Below, in pieces: positions 13,601 through 26,299 of a DNA stretch of 64,000 nucleotides. The number at the start of each line of letters is the position of its first letter. Positions within the stretch are counted from its first letter, which is position 1. The stretch spans positions 175,956,001 through 176,020,000 of the forward strand of contig OZ038378.1 in the NCBI GenBank assembly GCA_964036045.1. Direction: 5' to 3'. This stretch comes from Eutreptiella sp. 'Long Island Sound 2002' (taxonomy: Eukaryota > Protista > Euglenida). The position numbers and the translations under genes are program-made. The notes under the pieces were generated by a model. It was not told the DNA's origin, ran no database searches, and worked only from the letters and a program-made list of their open reading frames with translations.

Positions 13601-15143
13601 GGCCCGTCGTACCAGGGCAAAGTGTAGTGCGGGCAGTGCGAAACAAGTGGGGAGGCAGGGGGCGTCTGTGGCGTGTGGCTGTTTCATGAATGCGACGCTA
13701 CATCGATCGCTGCGTTTGACGCTGAAGTTGGTTGTGGAACCGTTTGCAATCCGTGAACGTCCTGGTCCGCATGGACGCCCGACTGGACCAGTCACGGCAC
13801 CTCATGCACCCCCTTCCGGTGCACTCCAACACCGGGCACTCCCCCAGACATGGGCCCTCGGTGGTCAATAAGAGTCAATAAGAGCAGAGATTCTCATTCC
13901 GCTCCATCGTAGCCGGTCGCACCCCCGCACAACACTGCGCGTGTTGGGCCCCACCTTTCCGTCCCCCTCACACTCCTCGTCCCACCTTTCCGTCACACCC
14001 CTCGTCCCCACGCTCACACACACACCGCCTCCCACCTTCTCCTGCGGGGTGTGCGGATGGTCAGGTCGTAATCCAGCCGCCGTGGATGGCCTGCGGTGAG
14101 CGCTGTGCTGTATGGCTCTGGACAAGGGGTGTTTCGGGACAGGTTTGAGGGAGGCAAGGGCAGAGTGCAGACCCGCGTCTGCAGACTGACTGTCAGTAAG
14201 CCGCACGTACCACCCACCATTCACCCATTCACTCACTCACTCACTCAAGGGGGAACCAGGATGGGCATTGTCTACAAGCCGGCAACAAACACACACTATG
14301 TCTGCGTGTTTGTGGGGCACTTGGCATTCTACCGGACCGGTTTCTCAGACTGGTTGTTAATGGGGGCGGGGCCCACGTTCTGTGTCCCCGCGACGTCGAC
14401 AGTCGTCAATAGCGCACTATGGGGGGGTTGGGGTGGGGGGGGGGGGTCACGGCCTCCTCCGGGCGTCATGTGCACGGTCACGGCGTCCTTCCCTGCCGGA
14501 CACGACTGGACACCAGTCACCAGAATGTCCGGTCACAAGGCCGGGGGCCAAACGCACTTTACGCTGGAAATTGCGTAAATTTTTGTAAACTGCGCGGAAA
14601 TTGGCGTAAATTTTTGTAATTTTTTGTAAATCCGGCGTAAATTGGGGGATTCACGTGCTGTGCATTTTATTGGATGTAGATGTAGATGCCCAGGAAATCT
14701 AGAATTGCGCGTATTCTTGCTCGTAAATTAGGAGGAAATTTACGCCGTTTTGGGGGGAAATTTGCACCAGGTTACGCAATTTGGGGGCCGGGGGCCAAAA
14801 ACCATGTAAACCCCCATAAATAACCGGCGTGCGGTTTCTGTGCCCTGTGCCCCCTTGTTCGGAGCACACCCGTTTGCGACATGTGCTCCACACCAATTTG
14901 TCTCAGGGCTATAACATGACTGACGATGTGCGAGTGCCCGGCATAATGCACATGACGCTGCTGCGGTTCAAGAGGCAGCCGACAGACCCGCTGAAGTGGC
15001 AGCAGGAGTACCGCCGGATCGTGAGCCGCTGGGAGCCACTGGACGTGACCGTGGATCGTGTGTACGTGGCCGTTGAGGACCGGCCATACATGCACATGCC
15101 TAAAGATGCCGAACACCTGAGACCCGTATTGGAATTGCATTGA
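10684..15143 (+). CDS. Membrane-anchored 2H phosphoesterase-family protein; exons 10684-10913, 12093-12462, 14907-15143 (278 aa)
   Basis: Phase-consistent joins: AG|gtatgt to cag|G gives FRER-LAQL; CAG|gtgccc to cag|GGC gives ELLAQ-GYNM. Two HxT motifs (FHSTV, MHMTL) define the 2H superfamily. N-terminal TM segment YIIGLVLLLLLPLYW. Confidence 0.82.
10980..11260 (+). pseudogene. Short non-LTR RT thumb-region relic in intron 1 of the 2H gene
   Basis: Only a single motif context, RKGGLGLP. Confidence 0.3.
14572..14790. repeat. MITE-like cluster of GCGTAAATT motifs in direct and inverted orientation
   Basis: GCGTAAATT at about 14574, 14604 and 14635; inverted AATTTACGC at about 14737; related TTACGCAATT at about 14772. 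Confidence 0.6.
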
Positions 15144-17789
15144 TGGTGCCTGTGCAACTGTGCTCCAAGCAGCATGTTGTCGCCTGCTGCAGGACTGCGT
15201 GCGAGACGAGAGGGGGCCACCCAGACCCGTGGCGAGATGCATGAGCTGCTCCCGTCGATGCTGCACCCTGTCCTGCATTGTGTCAAGACGATCCTGTGCT
15301 ACATCTCTTTCAAACTCTATTGGCCACCAGGGAGAGTGCATGGCTCGGCCCGCAGGTTGCTGCTGGTTCATGGCACTTTTTTTTTTTTGCACTGTGGCAC
15401 CCAGCCATTTTCACGGCATTTTGGACCAACCTTGGAAACCCTTTGCTTCGTCCCTTTCGACTCCCGAAATCTGATTCCCAGGAGGGCACGAATCAGCGGT
15501 CGAAATAATAGACTGGCGCCTTGCTCGGCAGAAAGAATGACTTCGGATCTTGCAGCATTTTAATTTCAAAATCCTGAACGAACACATTGTTGTGCACCTA
15601 TTTGGACATCAATAAGCAGAGCAATAAATCGCAGCTCCTGCAGGCAATGCCTTGCAAACGGTTTGTGGACGACAAATGTCTGAGTCACAGGAAGGCCATG
15701 AAATGCGTCTTCATGTCGGTTTCCACGTCGTGTAAAATGCATTCGTTATGCCTCTCAGCTGTGCATTTACACCCATTAACTGGGGACTCAGGAAGGAAGT
15801 TTATTGAACAAGTGTTTCCTGACGGAAATGCTCTGAAAGAGTGGGATGGCTGTTATCTACAGCAGTCGTCACCGGTCACGTCTGAGTTTTTGATGATCGT
15901 GGTGGCTGTGGTCAGTTTTTTTATTCACACGACAGGAGGACCCGGGCGCTGGACGCTGGCAGCCATTTGGTGGACACGGACTGCAGAAATCAGGGGTGAT
16001 GGATGATTCTGCATTCCGTGAGTTTCCTCTCCCACTGAAAATGACATTTTTGAACGGGCCGAGGTATGGTTCCTGTGACCATATTTTCCATATTGTTGCT
16101 TTATCACACATGGCCTGCATGTGCTACTTGGGTGTACCCTTGGTGCGGTCAGCACCAATGTCACCACTGGCGCAACCCAGGTTTGTGGGGAGTGGGAATC
16201 CATGTTTAGCCTCCTGAAACCCCCTCCATCCATACATTGTTAATAAGCAGCCAGTGCTGTGGCGTGGCACGGTTATGTTCCCAGTTTAGTCTAAAATGCT
16301 TACGGGTCCATCTCTGCAGAGTTATTGGATATTTGTGTCTTCAGTATCCCAACTAAACCCCCTTTCCTGACAAACCAGCCACAGAAAGTCTTGAGCCATA
16401 TGTTGACATGATTACTGAACAACAAATGCTGCACGTTCACGTGGCGCCCGATCTCCAATTTTAGCTCTTTGTTCACTCACAAGTCCTGTGCAACATGAAA
16501 CCCCAATTTCTACCTGTGACTCTATATGGGACGCCACAACGTGTTGCTTATTAGGCACTGAATGTGCATTGTTTGCAAAAGTGAAATTTTGGTTTTTCAC
16601 CCCAAGTGGTTTTCACTTTCATGCCTTTTTTACTCTTGCTTTGGCCCCCCTCAATTATAATTGTACACCACTTTGGCCAAATTATGCCAAGATTCGATTT
16701 TGCTCACATGCAGAGTGCAGCACTCAATCCTACCTGACAGTGGGGCTCACTGACTAGCATCCACTCATGAAGTAAGCAAATAGTACCTTGATCTCGTTTG
16801 CATGGAGATGTAGTGCACACATTTAGCAAGAATGCAGATGTGTCATACAGTAATGTTCCAGCAGCAGTCGAAGTACAGCAATTCTTTTTTGCAGCACCCT
16901 TTAGTTTTACAGAAGCAATTTTTTGTAGTACGTTTTGGTTGTAGTTTTCAGAATGAACTGAAATTGTGTTTTCCACACAGGCTTGCCTTTTGTTGCAACA
17001 ACACACTTTTTTGAGCAGAGGCATCGTATTTCCCACAATTCTTCTTCTGGGGTGTGCTTTGTTAGTTAGCATGCAATGAACAATTTTCATGACTGCAATA
17101 GCTACTCACTGTCATCACGGGTTGGTAGTTTATTTATTCATGGCTGTATTTTCGTCAATTGTTTTCGTCAAGTAAGGTTGTGCCTGTTTGTTAGCGTGTA
17201 GGTTTGCTGTTCTGCATTTGGGTTTGTACTCTTCACAGTTTTTGCTGGTAAGGGCCACAATGAATGATTTGTTTTGTTTGCGTATAATGTTGTACTACGA
17301 AAGCCAACTGGATGAAAGAAGGCATAAAGCCGAAATTATTTCAGGTTTGTAACCTCTTAATTTTCAGAACAACCGATTTTGTTGGATTATTTGTCTTAAT
17401 ATAACCGATTTTGGTGATTAGTATTTTTCAAAACAACTGATTTTTCTAGTTCTCCAAAGCATCAATGATACAAGCTGGAGAAGAAGGGTTCGTACTACCC
17501 TAAAGGCTTTGTTTTGCAATCCACAGGCGTGCGTTGAAAAAATACTTGCTTTTTCACAGCACAAAAGACACATAGTGTATCACCAACCAAAAGAAATGTT
17601 GACCATTCAAAATCGCTCCGATTAATTATTTTGCATTAGTGTGCAAAATAACTGGTTGTGCCGATTGTTTTGGAAACAATCTCCGATGTTTGCTGATGGC
17701 CGGCTTTTCCGATTAATTGGTAAGACCGGCTACGAACCCGGTCCATATTAGGCAAGGACCCTGAGTGGTTCACCGTTTTCTTGTTTCGC

Positions 17790-19288
17790 TCTCCATAGTC
17801 CACTACTTGCCAACGTGTGCCAGCACAGCCACACCCGTTTAAACCTAGAAAAGTGTGAATTGATGCAGTACCTAGGGTTCGACATTGGCTATGGTTGGTG
17901 GATTCTTGCAACGGCTAAGACCAAACCGCCGATGGATGCTCAAATATGCCACGACAGCGCCAAAAAAGGCTTCCATGACGTCCGGAGTCTGCAATGTCTA
18001 TCGACCTCACGTCATGAACTTCACCTATACGAGCGCCATCTTCACAGATTTGGTCAAGAAAAGTACAATTTGGCGCTACGGTCTCCGAAAGCAAGCCTTT
18101 GACAAACAAGAGCAAGGCGGCGAACGCTAAGTGTATCAGGGCTCCCAGAGCACACGGAGAAATTATATTGGTGATAAATGCGAGTGACGTTGGTAGCGGA
18201 GGTTCCCTATTCCAACAACAAGCACTACAAAGAGGGAAGTAGACACAACAACACCCCATTACGGCATTGAAGGATTAGTCTGAGATGGGACCGTAAAGCA
18301 CACGTACCCCGATAACAAGTAGATGTTGGTACCGTTAGGCAACTAGAGTTGGAAATGGAACGAAGCCCGCTCCAACTACTGTATGTACGAGCATGAACTG
18401 CTTGTTGGGATATTGGTGCTATCTTCTAAGTCCCGATTACTACGGAGCAACCTTGTTGTTTGGCTGTGTAACCAAGAAACGGTCCAAATCTTCCAAAGAG
18501 ATCCCCAACTTGAGAAGGTCAAGCTGTGGCAATGGTGGACGTACTTGAGCCAACTAAGACTCACTGAACAGCACATCGGGGGTGAAAAATGAATAGAGTG
18601 CCCACATCGGTGGCAACAACTTCGATACTCTAACAAGAGGAGAGTCTAAAGAGTTAGCGAGATAGCCGTTTGCCCTTATGGGCGTCCACTTGGATTGGAA
18701 CATGACCATGATCCACCCTTTAGAGAGGCTCCAGTAGAATAAGTACCTGAAAGGGTTTTGGTTTATCTACAAGCAACTAGAAAAGCATCTCGAACCCCTC
18801 CTGCTCAACAAGGAGGAGATAAACATGGAAGACGTGGAAAACATGGAGCTCTTCAACAGAGTAACTCCGATGAGAATGTACGAGTTCTACAAGAATTCGT
18901 TATATGGGAGGCAGGTAAGGTGATGACTGCAGAAGTGAATTGGGACCTACAGGGTTTCGTCTTCCCGATGGAACCAACAGAAGCCATGAGTCTGTACCAA
19001 TGAAAAGAACCAGAAATGCGTATGTTGCTCACCCTTGTAACAATGCAGTCTTTGAAACAAAAGATCCGTGACAAATTGGATATTTAGTCTCCAAAGAGGT
19101 CCAATATGGAGCAAGAGAATATTCACCATGTCATGGCCGCAGCTGCCGGACAACGAAAATGAAGATTACCCCGCAATTGTGGGTTAACGGGTAGTGGGAG
19201 ACGTTATTTACTGCCTTTCGCTGTTGCGATCCCACTATGCAGTAGAAGGACGATAAACGGCATGCTTTCGTTATCATTCTCATATCCC
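17790..19288 (+). pseudogene. Degenerate Ty3/gypsy retrotransposon pol (RT C-terminus, RNase H and downstream region)
   Basis: Frameshifted fragments: KCE.MQYLGFDIGYGWW; KKG.HDVRS..GVCNVYR.H..NFTYTSA..TDLVKKS.IW; IILVINASDVGSGGSLFQ; ELLVGILVLSS..RLL..N.VVWLC; WWTYLSQ.RL...HI.G.KN. Confidence 0.8.
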
Positions 19289-19512
19289 TGTAGCAGGCCA
19301 GAGCACAACACCAATCCTTCAAATCAGGGACGCAGTTCTGATTTTGTCCTAAGACCTTTCATAGTCCCTGAATAACATGATAATAAAGCAATCATGATAT
19401 CTCAATAATTGTAACATACAAACACACACAATCTGGGCATCTTTCATTTATCTACATTACGTAATGCGCAGCACTATGCGACAATCTGAAGTGCGCGCGT
19501 GTGACTGCCGCA
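19289..19512 (-). repeat. 3' LTR (224 bp)
   Basis: 219/224 identical to 21504-21727; TG...CA ends; preceded on the minus strand by the PPT. Confidence 0.92.
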
Positions 19513-21491
19513 CTCCCCTCCCAAGCTCAATGATACCCTTGTACCATTGGGCTGAGCCACAGTTTGTTTGTCATATAAAAGAGTGGCAGTCACACCCAAA
19601 AGCTTTGATACCCAAAACAAAACTGATATTGTCTTTTCATGCAAAATATTTTTTTCCCATGTTGCATGTTTGTATACCACCAGTTCCACTATTTTTTTGT
19701 AATGGGTGTCTTTGGTGACGGGGATCCGATGCTGAAAAATCTCAGAAGTCTATTTTACAAAATTCAGTGGGGCTCCAGGCAAGTGCTTGCACATACAAAT
19801 GCAAATCTCTGTGCATCACAACGCAATGTTTTCAAACAAACAGACATGAAGGCTAATATACAAAGCCCATTCACTGAAGTCATATATGAGTTAGATTGCT
19901 TCTGAGATTCGTTCTCTGGATCCTTCATTTGTCTTTGTTGATGCTGATTGGACTCCTAAGCAGAAGTCACAATGGTTGGCCTCAAATGCAAAAAAGCGTG
20001 GAACCCAAAGAAAATGGTGGCATACCATGGCAACGTCATTTTGACTTTGTTCACTTGTTGAACTCTTGTGATTCTTGGATGAACCTGAAAAATAGGCAAG
20101 GAGGAGGAAGCAAGCTGGTGTAACCTTTATTAGGGCCCTGCCCATTATTGGGTGGCCCACCCTCTTTATTTGGTCACCGATACATTACATAATGCAGTGC
20201 TGGTGTGCCATGCCGAACACAAACACACACCCTGACGCAACCCTTGCGCTGTGTGTGCCGTTCACTACTGTTTCAGTGAGACCCACACACCTGATCTAAT
20301 GGATCAGTCACAACTCCACTTCCAAGATCCTCAATACACTGGTACACACACACACAGCAGAGCGCACGCACTCAAACACTGTGGATGTGCATACACACGT
20401 GTGAGCGCAAGCACTGGAACGCTAGGAGCGCACTCCCGTGCATATATGCCAGAAATTCAAATTTCAGTCAGACTCATCAAAAGCGCCAAAAACAAGGCAA
20501 AGGTGCATGCTCCTGCAACCTTTAGAGCACAAAACATTGCTTGTCTGACCAAAACTGGTCGCTGAGACAAAAGTCACTTTTACATTCAGCTCATTTCAGC
20601 GAGATTCAGGCCCAAAACTAGCCAAACTTGCAAAAAGCGCGAACCAACACACGCCACAACGGAGAACCTTTAGAAAAAAAAAATTTTATATCATCTTCAA
20701 GTCGATGCCTTTTCCTTTCGTCGTCGTCCTCGGATTCGAAGTCCTCGTGTCCGCGGTGGTGTTGTCCCACTGGCACTCGTGGACTCTCGCGTCGGCCTCT
20801 CTTCCGTGGCGCCACTCGTGGACCCCAGCGGCGTCGCTTCGTGCGTGCCGGCTTGCGTTTGCGCAAACTCAAAACCTTTGGGACGACTTGGGCACTCTCT
20901 CGTGGACGCCGCCTTGTTTTTGCCGTCATCTTCGTGCTGACGCTGAACTCTTTCGTCAGCGCTGCACCCAGCGTCGTTCGTCAGCGTCGTTTTTTGAGCG
21001 CAACCCAGCGCTCGTAACACACGAAGTCCTCGAACGCTGCAGCTCTTTTCTTCCCAAGGCCTTGACGTTCTTGGCCCACCCAACACTGGCGGCAAACCCA
21101 AATCCAGCGCTGGATCATGCGTCGCTTAGCGCTACAGCTTGACACATCCTCAGAAAGGCCCCTTCATGATGTTCACGTTCACGAACGGAAGTTGCATACC
21201 AAGACTCTTCTGTCCCCGACTCCTGCAGCACGTTGCGAAGCTTTCGCTGGTGATCACCGTCGAGCATTCTGCCGCGTCTGCTGCTTCTGTAACGTTAACC
21301 CTCAACTTGTCCTCTTCGGCGGGTTGTAGCACTGCCCTGTGCATATATTCGGTGAAAGGGGGAAAATTTTTGTTCCCGAACTTCGGACGTAAATGCAGAT
21401 GTCAGCGTCCTGCTCTGCTGCTTTAAACTTCTCCACAGCGGCCACAATTCTTCGCAACCTCAATCTTAACGATGTCCGAAAATTTTCCCAG

Positions 21492-21503
21492 TTAGGACAA
21501 AAT
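21492..21503 (-). promoter_or_regulatory. Self-priming-type primer-binding site ATTTTGTCCTAA
   Basis: Directly abuts the 5' LTR and is the exact reverse complement of TTAGGACAAAAT inside the LTR (21556-21567). No TGG-initiated tRNA PBS is present. Confidence 0.7.
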
Positions 21504-21727
21504 TGTAGCAGGCCAGAGCACAACACCAATCCTTCAAATCAGGGACGCAGTTCTGATTTTGTCCTAAGACCTTTCATCGTCCCTGAATAACATGATAATA
21601 AAACAATCATGATATCTCGATAATTGTAACATACAAACACACACAATCTGAGCGTCTTTCATTTATCTACATTACGTAATGCGCAGCACTATGCGACAAT
21701 CTGAAGTGCGCGCGTGTGACTGCCGCA
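21504..21727 (-). repeat. 5' LTR (224 bp)
   Basis: 219/224 identical to 19289-19512; followed on the minus strand by a self-complementary PBS-like 12-mer. Confidence 0.92.
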
Positions 21728-24309
21728 ATACCCCTTTATTGCAGACCTTTGGTGTATGTGTAAGAAGTCACGCACCACAAAAGATGGGCTAGAGATGAAG
21801 GAAGATGGCGGGAACCAGGCACATCTTTGAAGAAAGTCGGGAAAAAGACAATGGCCACCAGTCTGGCAGCGAAGAAAAGAGCACGAAAGGGAAAAGTAGA
21901 CCCTGTTGTGACCCAGATTGCCGAGGACTCTGAAATAGCCCAAGGTGAAGGTGGATTATTGATGAGCACAAGCAGTTGGGACAAATCATGCACTCCGTTG
22001 TAGCAGAGGCTGATGTGAAATATGACTTGTTAATGACCAATCCTCCAAAGCATTTGCTGCACCTGATCACGTCGGAACAAGCGGGTATGCTTCATGAATT
22101 CGCCACGTGTAACGCGCCTTTGCGCGTTGCCCTTTTAAGTCTTAGTTAACCTCAGACGAAAAACAAGTGGTTTTAGATGGCCAAGATGGAACGAAGGCAC
22201 CACCGCGCCTATGGAAAAAGAATATGGACTCTGGGCTTGATTCGGAACCATAGATAGAGGATTGTTTCATCGACATTGTCAAGACACACACACCATGGTT
22301 GGTGAGGATCTACATTGTTCGCCACGAGCGAGGCGGTGCAGACTAGGCAAAATTTGAAGCCCACCTTTTATAGATGGTAGCAGAACACCGTCGCTTTGGT
22401 CCACAGGATAAAAAAAATTGTTGACAATGCATGTGCCATTTCATCAGCTGTGTGGCATTTGCACCGGCCATTCTCAGTTCAAAAGCCAAAAGCGGTATGT
22501 GTCAATCAACATGTGCACCGCATGTTTCTTTTCTTACATACTCGCTCTTCATCTTGGTGCGGCAATGACCATTAAGGACTGCGGAGCATTCTGTAAAAAG
22601 GTGAAGGTGACAGAAAAGGCAGCTGGCTTTCGCAATGGTAACCATGTCCGTTGGCCGGTACAATGTAGATTCTCTTGGTTAAACTGGATCCCATGGATCC
22701 CATTGAAACGCATGCCATGGAGGAGGCGAAGGCAACTCGCGCGACACTCTAAGCATACAGCCGGGTTCTTATCTTCGATACTTTGGTTGACTAGCATTGG
22801 GAGTTGAGTTGCAATGTATGCAATGCTGTGGGTGCTGCTCAAGGGTCGGATTTTGAGTTTTCAACGTGCAACTGCGCGTTAACCAACTTTGTGAATAATT
22901 GGTTTTCTAAAAAAAGTTGGAACACTATTTTCAGGACCGTCCATTACTCAAGAAGCATTGCTCAAAGCAACAGATTTCTACATTTTGTGAAAATTCGGTT
23001 TTGTAAATTGGAGTTTTGCATCGGTTTGTTTTATTTTATTGTGCCATACGTGCCTCTCCACAAACGCATTTCTGCTGCTTAGTGCATAGGTTCGTAGATC
23101 GTGCTTTTCCCATGCCGCCAAGAACAAGCGCCAACCCGTGGTTTGTGCAAAATCAAAAATTTGTCATTTTCTAGACTTTTGGTGCGGAATGGGGATCTCA
23201 AGGCCACCTAAGACCTGCCCCCCTCCCCCCCTTAGTTGAGACGGACGATTTTGGTTACTTCAAGCGCGCCAAGAGAGTCATTTTTGTTCAGTTTGAAGGC
23301 GCCGAGACGGCCAATTCTAGTGAATTTGGGGCCTCCTAAATGGCCAATTTGGTTAATTTCGGGCTGCCGACGGCTGCAACTTTGAACGAATGGCAATGAA
23401 TAGACAAATATTTCATAACGAAACAACAGTAAGGAATATTTTAAAAAAATTTCTACCTTTTGGTATAAATAGTGAAATGCCCTTTTCATGGCCACCCTTT
23501 TGGTGAAAATGGGACTAGTTAGGAATATGGGACACACTCTACTTCGAGTGCAAATTGGAATGCCACGATATTGATGTAGAACTTCACAGTAGCAAAGTTT
23601 TCAGGAACAAGAGACGGCTCGGCTTGCCTGGATAGTGAACATCCGTTTCATCTCAGTACCTTTTGGATGAATGGCAACATCTCTTCTGACATGCATGGTA
23701 ATAGTGAACTTCATGTAGGGTTGGTGGATTGCCTCCATGTCCATAGTCGCTTTCCGTTACGTGCCATGTACACCTATTGCTTTAAGAAAATGTGCATGAG
23801 TGTTACAAAAAAACAAGATATGGATATCATATCTTGCACCACTGTAGATGGCCTTATCAATGGCATGTGTACAACTATCAAAAGCTGCGCCCTTCATCAC
23901 CCGTGCGTCATCCACAGACCCATTCTTGGCTTCTTTATTCCTATGTTGAGCCGGACCCTCGGTTGTCCCTTACTGTATCATAGAACAGTCTACCCACGTA
24001 ATGCCAACAGCCTCCTTCTCCAAAAACAAATCCTTGTGCAGCAGCCGAGGTGCCACCACTACATTAAAGAGCTGCATCGGTTGCCACTAAACATTGGGTG
24101 GTTCAACACAAATTTGCGTTGTGATCACCATGCACGATATTGGTTGTTGGATAGATCCAAGATTTGTTTTCTCTATGCTAGCTCTAGGCTGCTCTCTTTT
24201 TTTTTTGGCGCTGTGCCTTCCAACTATTTTGGTGGGCCGTTTCACTTGTGTAGCAATTTGTCAGTAGGTCTGCTTGAATGGTTTGTGGTGGGCACAGTGT
24301 TGTGGTGCC

Positions 24310-25415
24310 TACCAAAAAAAAACCCCGGAGATGTACGAGAAAACCACCCGTTTTGTACCAAAAAACTTCCCGGCAGATATCAAAAAAAACCTCCAAAATG
24401 TACCAAACACCCCCCTCCCAAATGTACCAAAAATCCCCCGTTTGTACCAAAAAACCTATTGACGTTGCTGGACTACACTCCCACGAATCCTATATGCATC
24501 ACCAAAAACACCCTTTCTACCTTGTTGTGGACCCCAGTGGCAGCCATGCGTGCACTTGGACACAAACCCACACCCCCATCCCCCCTCACACCCTCCTCCT
24601 GCACCCCATTGCTGAAGCTTATCCATCCCAAACCCCGTCCCAACTTTGCATCCACGCGCACCCTAAACATGTCCCAAGCTTCATCCCAGACCCCATGCCC
24701 CAACAACAGCAATAAACCAGCAGCCAGCCGTGTCAAACATCCCGACCCCAGATGGCAATTCACCCCCTGTACCAGTCGCCTATAAACAACGTTCCCCTGC
24801 AACACACATTCAAAGAGCAACGTGAAGCAAATCACTGAGTGTACACTCACATTTTGTTTCATGACCTTCCATTCCCTCTCCTACCTCCATGACTGAAATC
24901 TGCCTGAATGGACTAGCAACGTGCACTACAAGCAGACCTAGACCTGGGCATATGATTTGGGGGTGGGGGGGGCGGGGCTGACAGTTCTGAGGATGCACCT
25001 AACACCCTGCCTGGGCTCCCACACCCCACTCACTCCCAGATGGCATTAAAAAAAACCCCAGAAAGTGACCCGACAAAATGTACTGAAAATACCAGATGTG
25101 TACTTGAAACCCCCTGAATTGTAACATAAACCCCCTAGTTGCACCGCAAAACAACCCCCCTAATTGTACCATAACCCCCCCCCGAAATATACCAAACCCC
25201 CCCCCCCCGAAATGTACCAAAAACCCCCCGGAATGTACCAATAAAACCCCCGAAATGTACCAAAAAAAACCCAAAAATGTACCAAAAACCCCCTGCAGGG
25301 GGTTTTTTTGGTACATTTCGGGGGGTATTCTGGTACATTTCAGCCGGGGGATCTTTAGGTACATTGTGCGCCAGAATGGGGGGGGTTTTGGTACAAAGTG
25401 GGATTTTTTTTGGTA
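24310..25415. repeat. Foldback-like arrays of an approximately 17-bp AAATGTACCAAAAACCCC motif, with an inversion centre near 25295
   Basis: Direct copies at 24310-24460 and 25050-25290, inverted copies at 25297-25415, and a central near-palindrome TGTACCAAAAACCCCCTGCAGGGGGTTTTTTTGGTACA. Confidence 0.8.
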
Positions 25416-25520
25416 TTCACCACACAGTGTTGTGTGTGTTGTGTAACGGCATACTATTCATTTGTCCTGTTTTGCAACATGGAACCCATACACCATGATA
25501 CCCCCCCCTTGGCGCATGTG

Positions 25521-25875
25521 CCCCCCTTGTATAAGCTACGGCAATGTACACAACTGTTACGGTCCCTAAACCTACTGTGGCTTGGACAAGGGCGTGGCTT
25601 GCGCGCAACACATATAACTGCCGCCACACACGTGCGCAGGCCACATGTGCTGAAATTGGCCATTCAGGAGCTATGCAATGCATTAGACTAAAAAAACAAA
25701 TTCCTGGTGCACCAGCATGGGGCCACATGCGCTGAAATTGGCAAATGTGACGACAAACCCATGTCTTATGCGGCCACACCACATTTCGTACAAAATTAAA
25801 TTACGTACACAATTATTACGCTCCCTACGCCTACTGTAGCTTGGACATGGGCGTAGCTTATACAAGAGGGGGGGG
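25521..25875. mobile_element. MITE-like element with TTGTATAAGCTACG terminal inverted repeats
   Basis: TTGTATAAGCTACG (25527-25540) and CGTAGCTTATACAA (25852-25865), bordered by C and G runs. No TSD was established. Confidence 0.5.
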
Positions 25876-26299
25876 GGGGTAATTGGAGTTTGATGCCTGC
25901 CAGCAAAACAATAGAATGGACTGCTTTTTTGTTTGTTGCTATGGTTTTCACTCCATTGATGCAAAATCAGGGCACAGTATGTAACCCCCCCCCTTGTCCA
26001 AGCAACGGCAAATGACCAGAAATTGACGGAACCAGCGCCTAGTGTTGCTGGGACAGGGGTGTTGCTTATGCGCCGCAACTTACGTGATACACGTGTAGAC
26101 TGTCAGGGGGTTTGAAGCGGAGATGGTGGTGCACAAGCAAGGGCATATGCAACAAAGCACTCATGAGCAGCGATCATTGGAGCCCAAAAACTGGCACAGT
26201 GCTGTTTGAAAACATTGAACATTTTGGGTAATGAAGCCCCTCTTCGTCAAGCTTTACTGCATCGTGAACTGTTGAACGTGCTTATTTTTCTTGCCCTGT

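Larger units (their letters stand above)
19289..21727 (-). mobile_element. Non-autonomous LTR retrotransposon (2439 bp) with two 224-bp LTRs
   Basis: Direct repeats 19289-19512 and 21504-21727 with 5 mismatches and TG...CA termini. Polypurine tract GGGAGGGGAG (19513-19522, minus strand) abuts the 3' LTR. Flanks ATCCC/ATACC resemble a 5-bp TSD with one mismatch. No intact gag/pol inside. Confidence 0.9.

Noticed and set aside
15500-17700. AT-rich block with fragmentary ORFs
   Set aside because: Probably decayed transposon DNA, but no diagnostic motif or termini could be identified.
23667-24785. Longest unspliced ORF (372 aa)
   Set aside because: No recognisable domain; it runs through the TGTACCAAAA repeat array and low-complexity DNA. 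Weak transposase-like hints on the opposite strand were too faint to call.
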